Shown: positions 9,635-23,153, counted from the first letter of the stretch. The stretch: DNA of 64,000 nucleotides from Minisyncoccota bacterium (GCA_041665325.1 JBAYJB010000004.1:1048-65047), one strand, 5' to 3'. Numbers and translations are program-made. The notes: generated by a model not told the origin, from the sequence alone.

Positions 9635-10387
9635 ATGGAATCAGAGAAGAACAATCACGCGACCTTGTCCGGTGCCATCATCATCGCCGCGGCGCTCGTG
9701 GCCATAGCCATCATCTGGACCCAGAAGCCGGGAACAGCGCCTGCGAAGACATCGGCGACAGGTGTTGATACCCCTTCCCAGGGATCGAACAGTATCGCGG
9801 AGATCACCGCCGCGGATCATATCTTCGGCAATCCGGCCGCACCGATCAAATTCGTGGAGTATTCAGACCCGTCTTGCCCATATTGCAAGATATTCAATCC
9901 CGTCATGGAACGGCTCATGGATGATTATGGCGCAAAAGGCCAGGTCGCTTGGGTCTATCGGCATTTCCCGCTTTACAAACCAGACCCCAACGGGAACATC
10001 CTGCATCCCAATGCAGGCGTACAGGCTGAAGCCCTAGAATGCTCGGCCGCGCTCGGCGGGAACAGCGCTTTTTGGGCATATGAAAAAGAGTGGTATGCCG
10101 CGTTCCCGGAAGATGGCGCCAACCGGTCTGCCGGAGCCGATATGAAACAGATCCTTGATATCGCAAAGAAGGTCGGCCTTGAAGCTGTCTCATTCAACGA
10201 GTGTCTAGCCAGCGGACGCTTCAAAGCCAAGATCGATCAGGCGTATATATCCAGCATCAACGCCGGTATAAACGGTACGCCGTATACCGTGATCATCGGC
10301 CCTTCGGACTCGAAGATCATCCGGGCCGGGGCAGACACCTATGCCACGCTCAAGACGATCGTGGATACATTGCTTTCGGCACTATAA
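9635..10387 (+). CDS. Membrane-anchored thiol:disulfide oxidoreductase, DsbA/BdbD family
   Basis: N-terminal TM helix and the thioredoxin active site SCPYCKIF. Confidence 0.85.
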   Translation: MESEKNNHATLSGAIIIAAALVAIAIIWTQKPGTAPAKTSATGVDTPSQGSNSIAEITAADHIFGNPAAPIKFVEYSDPSCPYCKIFNPVMERLMDDYGAKGQVAWVYRHFPLYKPDPNGNILHPNAGVQAEALECSAALGGNSAFWAYEKEWYAAFPEDGANRSAGADMKQILDIAKKVGLEAVSFNECLASGRFKAKIDQAYISSINAGINGTPYTVIIGPSDSKIIRAGADTYATLKTIVDTLLSAL

Positions 10388-10409
10388 TAAATATATCCTG
10401 CGCGCGAGA

Positions 10410-11645
10410 TCAATAATTCCTCAACCGATTGGCCTGGTCGTGCTGGCGGATCTTCTCGTGGGCTTTGGCTTCGATCTGGCGGATGCGCTCGCGGGTGACG
10501 CCGAATTCGCGTCCTACTTCCTCAAGGGTATGAGTGATGCCGTCGGATAGGCCATGTCTCATCTCCAGGATCTTACGCTCCTTCTCGGAGAGGTCGTTCA
10601 GGATGGTGTTGACTTGGTCGCGGAGGATGCGGCGTGAAGATTCCTGGTCCGGCGAAAGGATCTTATCATCAGGAACGAAATCCTGCAGGGTCGATTTGCT
10701 GTCATCACTGTCGTCGCCAACGGGCGATTCCAGAGAGACGACATCCTGCTCGATCTTCTCGATCTGATAGACCTTCTCGACATCCATACCCATCTCCGTG
10801 GCGATCTCGTCAGGCAGAGGCTCGCGGCCCAGGTCCTGCATGAGGCGGCGGACCACCTGCTTATACTTGGCGATCGTCTCTACCATGTGGACGGGCACGC
10901 GGATGGTACGGGATTGGTCAGCCAGGGCGCGCGTGATAGCCTGGCGGATCCACCAGGTGGCATAAGTCGAGAATTTGTAGCCCTTGGTCCAGTCGAACTT
11001 ATCGACGGCGCGGAAGAGGCCGAGGTTGCCTTCTTGGATGAGGTCGAGCAGGGTCAAGTCCGGCGAGCGTCCGACGTACTTCTTGGCGATCGAGACCACC
11101 AGACGGAGGTTGGCCTTGGCGAGAAGATTCTTGGCTTCGAGGTCTTCTTTCTGGATGCGCTTGGCCAGTTCCTTCTCCATGGCAGCATTGATGAGAGGAT
11201 ATTGGCCGATCTCCTTCAAGTACATCTGGATGGAGTCGTAAGCGGAGTCGGAGCCAGAGCGTGAATAGTGCGGCACAGCCTTCTTGTCCTTCTCCTTGAG
11301 CTCCTCGACTTCGAGGAGGCCGCCGCCTTCGAGCACGTCTACGCCGGCTGTCGAAAGCTTGGTATAGAGACTATCGAGGAAGACGATATCGTTCTCGATC
11401 TGCGGGAACTCTTTCATGATCTCGTCATAGGTGACGAAACCGCGGTCGCGTCCCTTCTGGATGAGCGTGTTGGCCTTGGCCTCAAAATTCTTCACGTAAG
11501 AACCGGAGTCTTTGCGCGCCGGACCCTTTGTTTTGCCCTTTTTGGCCACGGCTTTCTTGGGCTTGCCCTTCTTCGCTGGCTTGGCGCGCTTGATAGACCG
11601 ACTAGAATGTGCAGCCGGACGAGCTGCTTTTTTGTGTTTAGGCAT
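10410..11645 (-). CDS. rpoD: RNA polymerase sigma factor RpoD (sigma-70) with a Lys-rich N-terminal tail
   Basis: Regions 2-4 are recognisable ([32 protein letters not shown]) and the gene sits in the classic dnaG-rpoD arrangement. Confidence 0.95.
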   Translation of the reverse strand: MPKHKKAARPAAHSSRSIKRAKPAKKGKPKKAVAKKGKTKGPARKDSGSYVKNFEAKANTLIQKGRDRGFVTYDEIMKEFPQIENDIVFLDSLYTKLSTAGVDVLEGGGLLEVEELKEKDKKAVPHYSRSGSDSAYDSIQMYLKEIGQYPLINAAMEKELAKRIQKEDLEAKNLLAKANLRLVVSIAKKYVGRSPDLTLLDLIQEGNLGLFRAVDKFDWTKGYKFSTYATWWIRQAITRALADQSRTIRVPVHMVETIAKYKQVVRRLMQDLGREPLPDEIATEMGMDVEKVYQIEKIEQDVVSLESPVGDDSDDSKSTLQDFVPDDKILSPDQESSRRILRDQVNTILNDLSEKERKILEMRHGLSDGITHTLEEVGREFGVTRERIRQIEAKAHEKIRQHDQANRLRNY

Positions 11646-11705
11646 GAATTGAGAGAGTTGTCTTAGTCCATCATTCTACTCTAGATACAATAAGACGGCA
11701 AGTAT

Positions 11706-13556
11706 TTACTTATTCTCCCTCTTTTTGCCTATATCGGCCTTACGGATAGACAGGGCCTGGCATTTCTTGGCTAATTCAGCGACTAGCGCCTGCTCTCCCC
11801 CGGTCCTTTCAGCGGCCTTTAGCTCTGTCATGGCCTGGATCAACTCGATATTGACGAGATCCCCCTCGAAGTTGGTGATGAGCTCGCGCATATGGATGTC
11901 GAAGCGTTCGGGTTTATCACCATAGAATGCTTCGGCTTCAAAGGAGAAGTCGCTCATGAGCGGCTTGATCTTCTCTATCCGTTGCTCATATGTCGAGTCG
12001 GCAATCTTCCTGATCTCTTCGCGGTAGGCGACAGCGCCAGGTAGGGCGGCTTTTTCCATCAGGTCAAGAAGCCCGAACATGCGGCGCTCGACGAGGTCGA
12101 CTCGGGTGTTAGCGGACAGTGAAGCACCTGCACCGCCTCCTCTCGGGGACAACGGTACACCCCCTCGATCCTCGCCCTTGGCTCCTCCTCGAGGAGTACC
12201 GTTCTCCCCTGCGGAGGCGGCTGATTTGGAACTTTTGTCCGTCTCCTCCTTGCTTTTCTTCTCAACCGCACTCAAATCATCTCGCATCGCCTGTTCCGGC
12301 AGACCGGTCTTGTCGGCAATCAATTTGATCGCATAAGCCTTGTCGGTTGCACTTTCGATGGCTATTACGAAAGGTAAGACTCTTTCGCGGATCAACTTGG
12401 GAGTCTTCCTTGGATCTTTTTCTTCACGTAGCACGTTGTTCAGCTCAAACTCCACCACCGCTGTGGCTTTGCGCAGAACATTCTTCCAGTCTTCAGGATT
12501 GCCCAAGACGAGATCAGCCGGATCTTTTCCACCGGTAATATCCGCAACCTTCACATCCATCCCAAGCGAGAGGGCTATGCCGGCCGCGCGCATAGCAGCC
12601 TTCCGTCCCGCGGCATCAGAATCAAAGGCGATGATGACATTCTGGGAAAGGCGGCGCAAAAGACCCAGGTTGTTGATGACGCCGTCCTTGTTCGATTCAG
12701 CATCCGTCAGGGCTGTCCCAGAAGCCGCCACGACATTCTTGACGCCAGCCTGATATGACATGATGAGGTCCATCTGCCCTTCCACCATGATGGAATAGTC
12801 CAACTGGCGGATGAATGATTTTGATTTATCCAAACCATAGAGCACAGACGACTTGTCGAAGAGCGGCGTATCGGGGCTATTCAAGTACTTTGCCGACTTA
12901 CCGTCGTCCTTCAGGATGCGGCCGGTGAATGCCACGACGCGCCCGCTCGAATCGGTGATCGGGAACATCACGCGCCCGCGGAAACGATCGTAGTAATTAC
13001 CGGTGTTGTCTTCTGCCCTCTTGGCCAAGCCGGCCTTCTCGATCAGATCATTTGGCCACTTCTTGGCCTGCAAATAAGCATGCAGATTCCTCCAGCCTTC
13101 TGGAGCCCAACCTATTCTAAATTCTTTAGCCGTCTTATCAGTGATACCGCGCCTCTTCACATATTCTTTAGCTTCAGTTGACTTACTCAACTGATCCTCA
13201 AAATATTTCGCCGTCTCCTCCATGATCTGGAACAATCGGTCTTTCTCACCGTCGGCCTTGGCATCGAAGACCAATGGCACCCCTGCCCTGTCGGCCAACA
13301 CTTTCAATGCGCCCCGGAAGTCCAACCCCTCGAACTGCTCCACAAATGAGAAGATATCGCCCTTGGCGCCACAGCCGAAACAGTAGTAACCACCGCGCTC
13401 CGGTGAGATGAAGAACGAGGCCGTCTTCTCGTGGTGGAAGGGACACTTGGCCTTGAATGACTTGCCGGCCTTCTCGAGTTTGACATACGACGCTATAACC
13501 TCCTCGATCGGTAGGCGGCTCTTGATCTCCTCGACAGTACTGCGGTTCATGGGCAT
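11706..13556 (-). CDS. dnaG: DNA primase DnaG
   Basis: Zinc ribbon CPFHHEKTASF...CFGCG and a TOPRIM domain. GGTTATAAT lies 6 nt upstream of the ATG. Confidence 0.95.
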   Translation of the reverse strand: MPMNRSTVEEIKSRLPIEEVIASYVKLEKAGKSFKAKCPFHHEKTASFFISPERGGYYCFGCGAKGDIFSFVEQFEGLDFRGALKVLADRAGVPLVFDAKADGEKDRLFQIMEETAKYFEDQLSKSTEAKEYVKRRGITDKTAKEFRIGWAPEGWRNLHAYLQAKKWPNDLIEKAGLAKRAEDNTGNYYDRFRGRVMFPITDSSGRVVAFTGRILKDDGKSAKYLNSPDTPLFDKSSVLYGLDKSKSFIRQLDYSIMVEGQMDLIMSYQAGVKNVVAASGTALTDAESNKDGVINNLGLLRRLSQNVIIAFDSDAAGRKAAMRAAGIALSLGMDVKVADITGGKDPADLVLGNPEDWKNVLRKATAVVEFELNNVLREEKDPRKTPKLIRERVLPFVIAIESATDKAYAIKLIADKTGLPEQAMRDDLSAVEKKSKEETDKSSKSAASAGENGTPRGGAKGEDRGGVPLSPRGGGAGASLSANTRVDLVERRMFGLLDLMEKAALPGAVAYREEIRKIADSTYEQRIEKIKPLMSDFSFEAEAFYGDKPERFDIHMRELITNFEGDLVNIELIQAMTELKAAERTGGEQALVAELAKKCQALSIRKADIGKKRENK

Positions 13557-13592
13557 AGAAGTATTATAACCCCAAAACGAGTTTGCGCACGT

Positions 13593-14051
13593 TCACGCGA
13601 GCTTCTCAAATGCCTCCAAGATTGGCATCTGATATGGATAGATCTTTTGCTTGGCTTGTTCGATTGTAAAATATTCCCCACGGTCCACCTCAGGAATAGT
13701 CATCCTCTTGCCGGAATGTGGCGGCCAGTCGATCTCACAAGTGTTGCTGACCAGATTGGCCGGGTCAAAATCTCCCTGGAATGCCCAGGCATGAACAATT
13801 TTATTTGGATATTTGGCAGAACCAAGTGGAAAAAAAGGTTCTGTAGATTTGAAATTTGTTTCTTCCTCAAACTCCCTGACCGCCGTAACAAGTAAACCTT
13901 CCCCGTCATGAGTTTCCCCTTTCGGTATGCTCCAATAACCAAAATCTTTATTCTTCCAGAATGGGCCGCCGGGATGCACAAGGAATACCTCCCGTTTACT
14001 ATCGCGGATACGGTACATGAGCAATCCTGCGGCGATCTTAGGGGGTATCAT
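13593..14051 (-). CDS. NUDIX hydrolase
   Basis: Nudix box GETHDGEGLLVTAVREFEEETN. Confidence 0.85.
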   Translation of the reverse strand: MIPPKIAAGLLMYRIRDSKREVFLVHPGGPFWKNKDFGYWSIPKGETHDGEGLLVTAVREFEEETNFKSTEPFFPLGSAKYPNKIVHAWAFQGDFDPANLVSNTCEIDWPPHSGKRMTIPEVDRGEYFTIEQAKQKIYPYQMPILEAFEKLA

Positions 14052-14692
14052 TATTTGTAGAGATTCTTAATATCTTTGACAAGCTCTGGGAATTTTTCCT
14101 GTCGGAAATGACCGCGGTCTTTGAAGATCTTAATCTGTGCCTTAGGTAAAAACGTCACGTATTTTTTGAAGTCAGCAAATTTTACCAGTGGATCATCCTT
14201 GCTGTGATATAGGTGTAAACGATCTCCCAAATCATTCAACTTCGTAAGTTTCTTTGGCAGAATGAAATCAGCCATCTTCTCTTTATTTGTATTGCAAAAC
14301 GGCGCAGCAATCAAAAATATGCCTGCAGACTTTTTGGTATCCTTATTCTCCGAAAAATACTTCGCCAAAAAGATGCCCCCCAACGAGTGGCCGACGAAGA
14401 CCGCACCCTTATCAACGAAGCGAAGCAGCCTTTCGAACCAGATCTTCCATTCACTGTACTTTCCATTCCAACGTTTGCCCGGCATCTCCGGATAGAATAG
14501 CTCAAAATCAGAGCCAAGATCGATGCCTAGATTTTCTTTCCACTTATTTTTATCTTCCGATTTGAAATCCTCTCGATCAACCGGGCATTTTTTCAGGTCA
14601 GATATGTATTCCTGATACGTATCATATGCATTGCCTCCATGAATCAAAATGACTTGTTTCCTCATGGGTCGTATTATACACAAAATAAACAC
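14051..14692 (-). CDS. Alpha/beta-fold serine hydrolase (YdeN/RBBP9-like esterase)
   Basis: Nucleophile-elbow motif VFVGHSLGG, about 200 aa. Confidence 0.7.
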   Translation of the reverse strand: MFILCIIRPMRKQVILIHGGNAYDTYQEYISDLKKCPVDREDFKSEDKNKWKENLGIDLGSDFELFYPEMPGKRWNGKYSEWKIWFERLLRFVDKGAVFVGHSLGGIFLAKYFSENKDTKKSAGIFLIAAPFCNTNKEKMADFILPKKLTKLNDLGDRLHLYHSKDDPLVKFADFKKYVTFLPKAQIKIFKDRGHFRQEKFPELVKDIKNLYK

Positions 14693-14861
14693 AAAAGCCC
14701 CCGAAGGGGCGACTGTGTTACCACTAACATTAGGTCCGGTCTACCAGCCGACATTAATCGACTAAATAAGTTTACGCCCAATTGCACGGTTGTCAATTGT
14801 AGACACGACGGGAAATGTTTAAGAAGTTATGAATAAAAGTTAAAATAATTATGAAGATTTT

Positions 14862-14903
14862 TTGGGCAAAAAAATGGCCCCAGGATCAGAAGATCCCGGG
14901 GCC
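14862..14903 (-). terminator. Strong intrinsic terminator (minus strand)
   Basis: Reverse-strand GGGCCCCGGGATCTTCTGATCCTGGGGCC followed by ATTTTTTTGCCC. Confidence 0.75.
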
Positions 14904-15262
14904 CTAACATCTAACTTTTCAGAAGCTTTTGGCTTATGGATGCGCGCGCATCCGAGTGATTGTTCCCAGATAAATGTCTCTGTGGAGTTCCCTGCACTCA
15001 GCCGACAGGGAAAGCTTGTCTTTTATTCTATTTCCCAAAACCAGTGTTGACGATATTGCTTTCAGATTCTCGTCTACAAAGGTCTGGTAAGACACATTAC
15101 TAACGCGATATTACGCCGCCTGCTCGTATGTGACAAGACACAGGGGCATCGCATCAAACATCTAACCGTTTACGAAGAACTAACGAATCTAACTCCCTAA
15201 CAAGTTGCCAACAGTACCTAGGTACATCAGGATCGTAGCCTCTATCACCACTTCATCCTGAC
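14864..15262 (-). ncRNA. Candidate structured ncRNA of unknown family (about 400 nt), bounded by a consensus promoter and a terminator and lacking any ORF
   Basis: An extended -10 promoter lies at 15269-15296, a terminator at 14862-14903, and there is no ORF longer than 16 codons on this strand. Internal hairpins are present, e.g. TCAGGAT...ATCCTGA and the palindrome GGATGCGCGCGCATCC. Confidence 0.45.
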
Positions 15263-15268
15263 TAGACC

Positions 15269-15296
15269 AGTATAGCACACTCATTAGTTTTGTCAA
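15269..15296 (-). promoter_or_regulatory. Near-consensus sigma-70 promoter with an extended -10 element (TTGACA-N16-TGcTATACT) on the minus strand
   Basis: Reverse strand reads TTGACAaaactaatgagtgtgcTATACT. Confidence 0.6.
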
Positions 15297-15371
15297 GTAC
15301 AATTAAACTTTGTATGTTTCATGGCTAAAAGAAGCCTAAAATAAGGGTTTTTAGGACATCTGATTTGTGAT

Positions 15372-15402
15372 TACAAAAACAGCCCTTATTCAGGGCCGCT
15401 TT
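15372..15402 (-). terminator. Intrinsic terminator just after the rpoC stop codon
   Basis: Reverse strand: GCCCTGAATAAGGGC followed by TGTTTTTGT. Confidence 0.6.
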
Positions 15403-15426
15403 TGTGCTTATAAAATACTGATTTTT

Positions 15427-19116
<3,690 letters not shown>

Positions 19117-19131
19117 GGTAGTTTGGGTCGA

Positions 19132-22100
19132 TTACTCTTCTGAAACGATCTTCGACTTGCTGATAAGTTCCACATTCAAGGCCAAGCCACGCAAAGTTTT
19201 CAAGAGGACATTGAAGGAAGCCGGTAGGTTCGGCGCGCGGAGCTTCTCGCCCTTGACGATGGCATCGAAGGTCTGCGAACGGCCGATGATGTCGTCTGAC
19301 TTGACCGTGAGGATCTCACGCAGAGTGTGTGCGGCACCGTGGCCAAGGAGGGCCCAGACTTCCATCTCTCCGAAGCGCTGGCCTCCGCCCTGGGCCTTGC
19401 CACCAAGCGGCTGTTGAGTGATCAGGGAGTAAGGTCCGATGGAACGCATGTGGATCTTGTCTTCCACCATGTGGTGTAGCTTCATGATGTACATATAACC
19501 GACAGCGACTGGCTGGTGGAAATGTTCGCCGGTGCGGCCGTCGCGGAGCTTCATCTTGCCGCTGGCATCGAAGCCGGCCTTGACGAGCTCCTGTTTGATC
19601 TCGGCATCAGTAGCTCCGGTGAATGGCGGGACGATGGCCTGATAGCCGAGAGCATTCGCGGCCAGACCGAGGTGGAGCTCTAGGATCTGACCGAGGTTCA
19701 TGCGGCTAGGCACGCCGAGCGGAGTGAGGATCACGTCGATCGGGCGGCCATCTTCCATATACGGCATCTCTTCGACAGGTAGGATCTTGGAGATGACGCC
19801 TTTGTTGCCGTGGCGGCCGGCCATCTTGTCGCCGACGGAGATATTCCTGACTTCAGCCACTTCGATATAGATCTTCTTGATGATGCCGGACTCGAGCTTG
19901 TCTCCCCTCTCACGAGAGAAGATCTTGACCGAGATGACGCGGCCGCGTTTGCCGTTCTCCATACGTTTCGAAGTGTCTTTGACGTCGCGAGCCTTCTCGC
20001 CGAAGATCGAGCGCAGAAGGCGCTCCTCGGGAGTGAGCTGGGTCTCGCCTTTCGGAGAGATCTTGCCGACGAGGATATCGCCGGGACGGACTTCAGCGCC
20101 GATCCTGATGATGCCCTCTTCCGTGAGATTCTTGAGCTTGACTTCACCGATGTTCGGGATATCACAGGTCGTGATCTCCGGACCGAGCTTGGTGTCGCGG
20201 ACATTCACCACGAATTCCTCGATGTGGATGGAGCTCCACTTGGAGTTCTGGACCACGCGCTCGGAAAGGATGATAGCGTCTTCGTAGTTGTTACCGGACC
20301 AGGACATGAAGGCGATCAGGGCGTTGTGGCCGAGAGCGATCTGACCCTGGTCAGAGGTAGAAGTATCGGCCAGGATGTCTCCCTTCTTGACCTTGTCACC
20401 GACCGAGACGATCGGACGTTGATGGAAAGCCGTGAAACCGTTGGTGCGCTGGAAGAGGACGAGCGGATACTCGTGCTTCTTGCTGCCTTTCTTGTCTCCC
20501 TGGAAGATGATCTTCCGAGCATCTACCGAGACGATCTCCCCATCTTCCGGAGCGACGACGACGCGGCCGGTGTCTAGGACGGCCTTGGCCTCGATACCGG
20601 TGGCGACGAAGGGGGCCTCCGGTACGAGACATGGCGTGGCTTGTCTCTGCATGTTCGAGCCCATGAGCGCGCGGTTGGCGTCATCATGGTTGAGGAACGG
20701 GATGAGCGAAGTGGCGATAGAGAAGGCCTGATCAGTAGCCACGTCGATGAAGTCTACTTCAGTAGTCTTGGCCAAGTCGGGCTTGCCGTTCCGGCGCACT
20801 TCGATGTCGTCGCCGATGAGCGTGCCGTCGGCTTGGCGCGGCGTAGCGGCGTGAGCGATGCGATAATTCTCCTCTTCCAGAGCATTCAAGTAGAGGATCT
20901 CTTTGGTGATCTTGCCGTCCTTGACCTTGGCATACGGAGTCTCGATCATGCCGAAATCATTGATATGGGCGTAAGTCGTGAGGCGCAGCACGAGGCCGAT
21001 GTTCGGACCTTCCGGCGTGTGGATCGGACAAAGGCGGCCATAGTGGGACGGGTGCACGTCGCGGACTTCGAAGCCGGCGCGATCGCGCGAGAGGCCGCCG
21101 GGTCCGAGGGCCGTCAGGGTGCGGAGATTCTCGACTTCGGCGAGGACGTTCTCCTGGGTCATGAATTGCGAAAGCTGGTTGGTCGTGAAAAATTCCTTGA
21201 TACGGGCCTGCAGAGGGCGCGGATAGATGAAGGAGACGGGCATGGTGATGTCCGGCTCGATCGTGGACATCTTGTCCTGGATATTCCTCTTCATCTGCGA
21301 GAGGCCGAGGCGGATGCGCTGTTCGAGGAGCTCGCCGATATACCTGACACGGCGGGAGCCGAGGTGGTCGATGTCATCGGCCTGCATGTCTGGCGTGGCA
21401 TTGAGCATGATGATATGAGAAATGGCGGTAGCGATATCGTCGAGAGAGAGCGTGCGGCGCTCGAGAGCCTTCTCGTCCATGGGCTTGGCGAAGCGCTTAT
21501 TGAAGCGGAAACGTCCGACGCGCGAGATATCATAGCGGTCGTGGTGGAGGATGGCGGTGATGAAGGAACGGGCGTTCTCGGCTGTGGCTAGATCACCATC
21601 GCGCAGGCGCTTGTGGATCTCGATGTAAGCTTCCGGAATGGTCTTGGCATGATCCTTGGCGAGCGTGAGCTCGATCGACTTCGTGGCGATATCGTTGCCC
21701 TTGAAGAGGTCCAATATGGCTTGATTGGTATCAGCGCCGAGGACGCGGATGAGTGAAGTGACCGGGAATTTGCGCTTGCGATCGATGCGGCAATAGATGG
21801 TGCCGTCAGCATCGGTCTCGATCTCCATCCAGACACCGCGAGCCGGGATGATCTTGGCGCCAAAATAGTTGCGGCCCTTGACTTCGGTGGCCGTGAAGAA
21901 GATACCGAAGGAGCGAGCGAGTTGCGGCACGATGACACGCTCGACGCCGTTCACGATGAATGTGCCGTGATCAGTCATGAATGGCAAGTCGGCCAGGAAG
22001 ATCTCCTGCTCCTTGACCACATTGAGAGACTTATTCTTGAGGGTGACCTTGATCTTGATCTGGCCCTCGTAGTTGAGCTTGTTGTCCTTGGCGTAGTGCT

Positions 22101-22320
22101 CGCCGAACTTGGGCGGGATGACTTCGAGGCCGCCGAGCGAGAGCTCGAACTTCTTCTCGGCATAGTCCTTGATCGGAGAGAATTCCTTGAGGAGGTTCGG
22201 CATCCCCTTCTCAATGAGCGAAGTGAAAGAGAGGAGCTGGGACTCGACCAGATGCGGCATCTCCGTGAGCGGTTCCTGATACTTGGAGAAATATTTCTTG
22301 GGACGGGCGGCGGTAGTCAT
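19132..22320 (-). CDS. rpoB: DNA-directed RNA polymerase subunit beta
   Basis: 1062 aa with conserved RpoB blocks (e.g. GEMEVWALLGHGAAHTLRE near the C-terminus), located directly upstream of rpoC. Confidence 0.98.
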   Translation of the reverse strand: MTTAARPKKYFSKYQEPLTEMPHLVESQLLSFTSLIEKGMPNLLKEFSPIKDYAEKKFELSLGGLEVIPPKFGEHYAKDNKLNYEGQIKIKVTLKNKSLNVVKEQEIFLADLPFMTDHGTFIVNGVERVIVPQLARSFGIFFTATEVKGRNYFGAKIIPARGVWMEIETDADGTIYCRIDRKRKFPVTSLIRVLGADTNQAILDLFKGNDIATKSIELTLAKDHAKTIPEAYIEIHKRLRDGDLATAENARSFITAILHHDRYDISRVGRFRFNKRFAKPMDEKALERRTLSLDDIATAISHIIMLNATPDMQADDIDHLGSRRVRYIGELLEQRIRLGLSQMKRNIQDKMSTIEPDITMPVSFIYPRPLQARIKEFFTTNQLSQFMTQENVLAEVENLRTLTALGPGGLSRDRAGFEVRDVHPSHYGRLCPIHTPEGPNIGLVLRLTTYAHINDFGMIETPYAKVKDGKITKEILYLNALEEENYRIAHAATPRQADGTLIGDDIEVRRNGKPDLAKTTEVDFIDVATDQAFSIATSLIPFLNHDDANRALMGSNMQRQATPCLVPEAPFVATGIEAKAVLDTGRVVVAPEDGEIVSVDARKIIFQGDKKGSKKHEYPLVLFQRTNGFTAFHQRPIVSVGDKVKKGDILADTSTSDQGQIALGHNALIAFMSWSGNNYEDAIILSERVVQNSKWSSIHIEEFVVNVRDTKLGPEITTCDIPNIGEVKLKNLTEEGIIRIGAEVRPGDILVGKISPKGETQLTPEERLLRSIFGEKARDVKDTSKRMENGKRGRVISVKIFSRERGDKLESGIIKKIYIEVAEVRNISVGDKMAGRHGNKGVISKILPVEEMPYMEDGRPIDVILTPLGVPSRMNLGQILELHLGLAANALGYQAIVPPFTGATDAEIKQELVKAGFDASGKMKLRDGRTGEHFHQPVAVGYMYIMKLHHMVEDKIHMRSIGPYSLITQQPLGGKAQGGGQRFGEMEVWALLGHGAAHTLREILTVKSDDIIGRSQTFDAIVKGEKLRAPNLPASFNVLLKTLRGLALNVELISKSKIVSEE

Positions 22321-22552
22321 TTTTTTTGATAAATTATTAAATGGTAGTGGCTCGGCTCTTGGTCAAGACTAGATCGAAACGCACAAAAACATAAAATCCG
22401 CTCTCTTTATTTTGAGGGCGGCCAAAAAGCGCTTTTTATTATGAATGGTTGATCAAGGGTAGGAGTGATCGAGCCGTTGTAATCCTCCGCTAGGGCAGAA
22501 CTCAATCTGCGAAGTTAGGGAGAGCCTAGCAGAAGGGCTCTATTACGTCAAG

Positions 22553-22581
22553 TTGACTTATATCAGTAAACATGATAATAT
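22553..22581 (+). promoter_or_regulatory. Near-consensus sigma-70 promoter TTGACT-N17-TAATAT (plus strand), divergent from the rpoB upstream region
   Basis: TTGACTtatatcagtaaacatgaTAATAT. Confidence 0.55.
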
Positions 22582-22845
22582 ATATCTTATATTGGATTTT
22601 TGACATACAGCCTGTCACCAAGGCTCCTTAGGGAATTATCCCAAGTGTGAACTAGTCCGTGAGACTGTGGATAATCCACATGAAAAAAACATACCGTGAA
22701 AGGGACGAGGGAGTTAACCGCTGGGGCAGGACTCCGACGACCAACACGATGGCTAGATAGATGAAGATCACCGCCACTATCCGATGGATACGCAAACGCT
22801 CTTCCTCACCTTCGTAAATTCCTAAGTGATTTCACCTGGGAGTTT

Positions 22846-23094
22846 GTGTATGGATCTTCAGATGATCAGGCAGTTGAATTGGTTCGGAGGTCAGATTATG
22901 TCTGGCTCGCCCAACCAGGCTTAGATGTCAGCATGGGATTGGTTACTGCAGTGCGTAAAAATCTTAGCGGCCAAAAGGCACGTGGAATCGCCTACTTCCC
23001 AACCGCCGACATAGGTGAGATCGAGATCTGCTGGCCAGTCGAAGCACTCCGCGGGGGAGGTTGCCGGATATTGGCAGACGACCGGTTCTTGTAA
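22846..23094 (+). CDS. Small hypothetical protein (82 aa) inside the roughly 560-nt promoter-to-terminator unit; it could instead be part of a ncRNA
   Basis: GGGAG lies 7 nt upstream of the ATG and a terminator follows 23 nt after the stop; there are no recognisable motifs. Confidence 0.35.
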   Translation: MYGSSDDQAVELVRRSDYVWLAQPGLDVSMGLVTAVRKNLSGQKARGIAYFPTADIGEIEICWPVEALRGGGCRILADDRFL

Positions 23095-23116
23095 CACCTT
23101 CAAATGTAACTCGGGG

Positions 23117-23146
23117 CGCCTAAGCGATTAGGCGCCCTTTTTTGTT
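23117..23146 (+). terminator. Intrinsic terminator (plus strand)
   Basis: GGCGCCTAAGCGATTAGGCGCC followed by CTTTTTTG. Confidence 0.75.
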
Positions 23147-23153
23147 GGAGAGA

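Noticed and set aside
14864-15262. Attempted identification of the two orphan RNA units as RNase P RNA, tmRNA, SRP RNA or 6S RNA
   Set aside because: I looked for GGAAAGUCCGG / ACAGAAnCCGGCUUA (RNase P), the GGGG...tRNA-like CCA end and tag ORF (tmRNA), and GGAAGCAGCCA (SRP). None matched. The resemblance of GUCCGUG...UAAUCCAC to an RNase P block is isolated and out of order, so the family is left unassigned.
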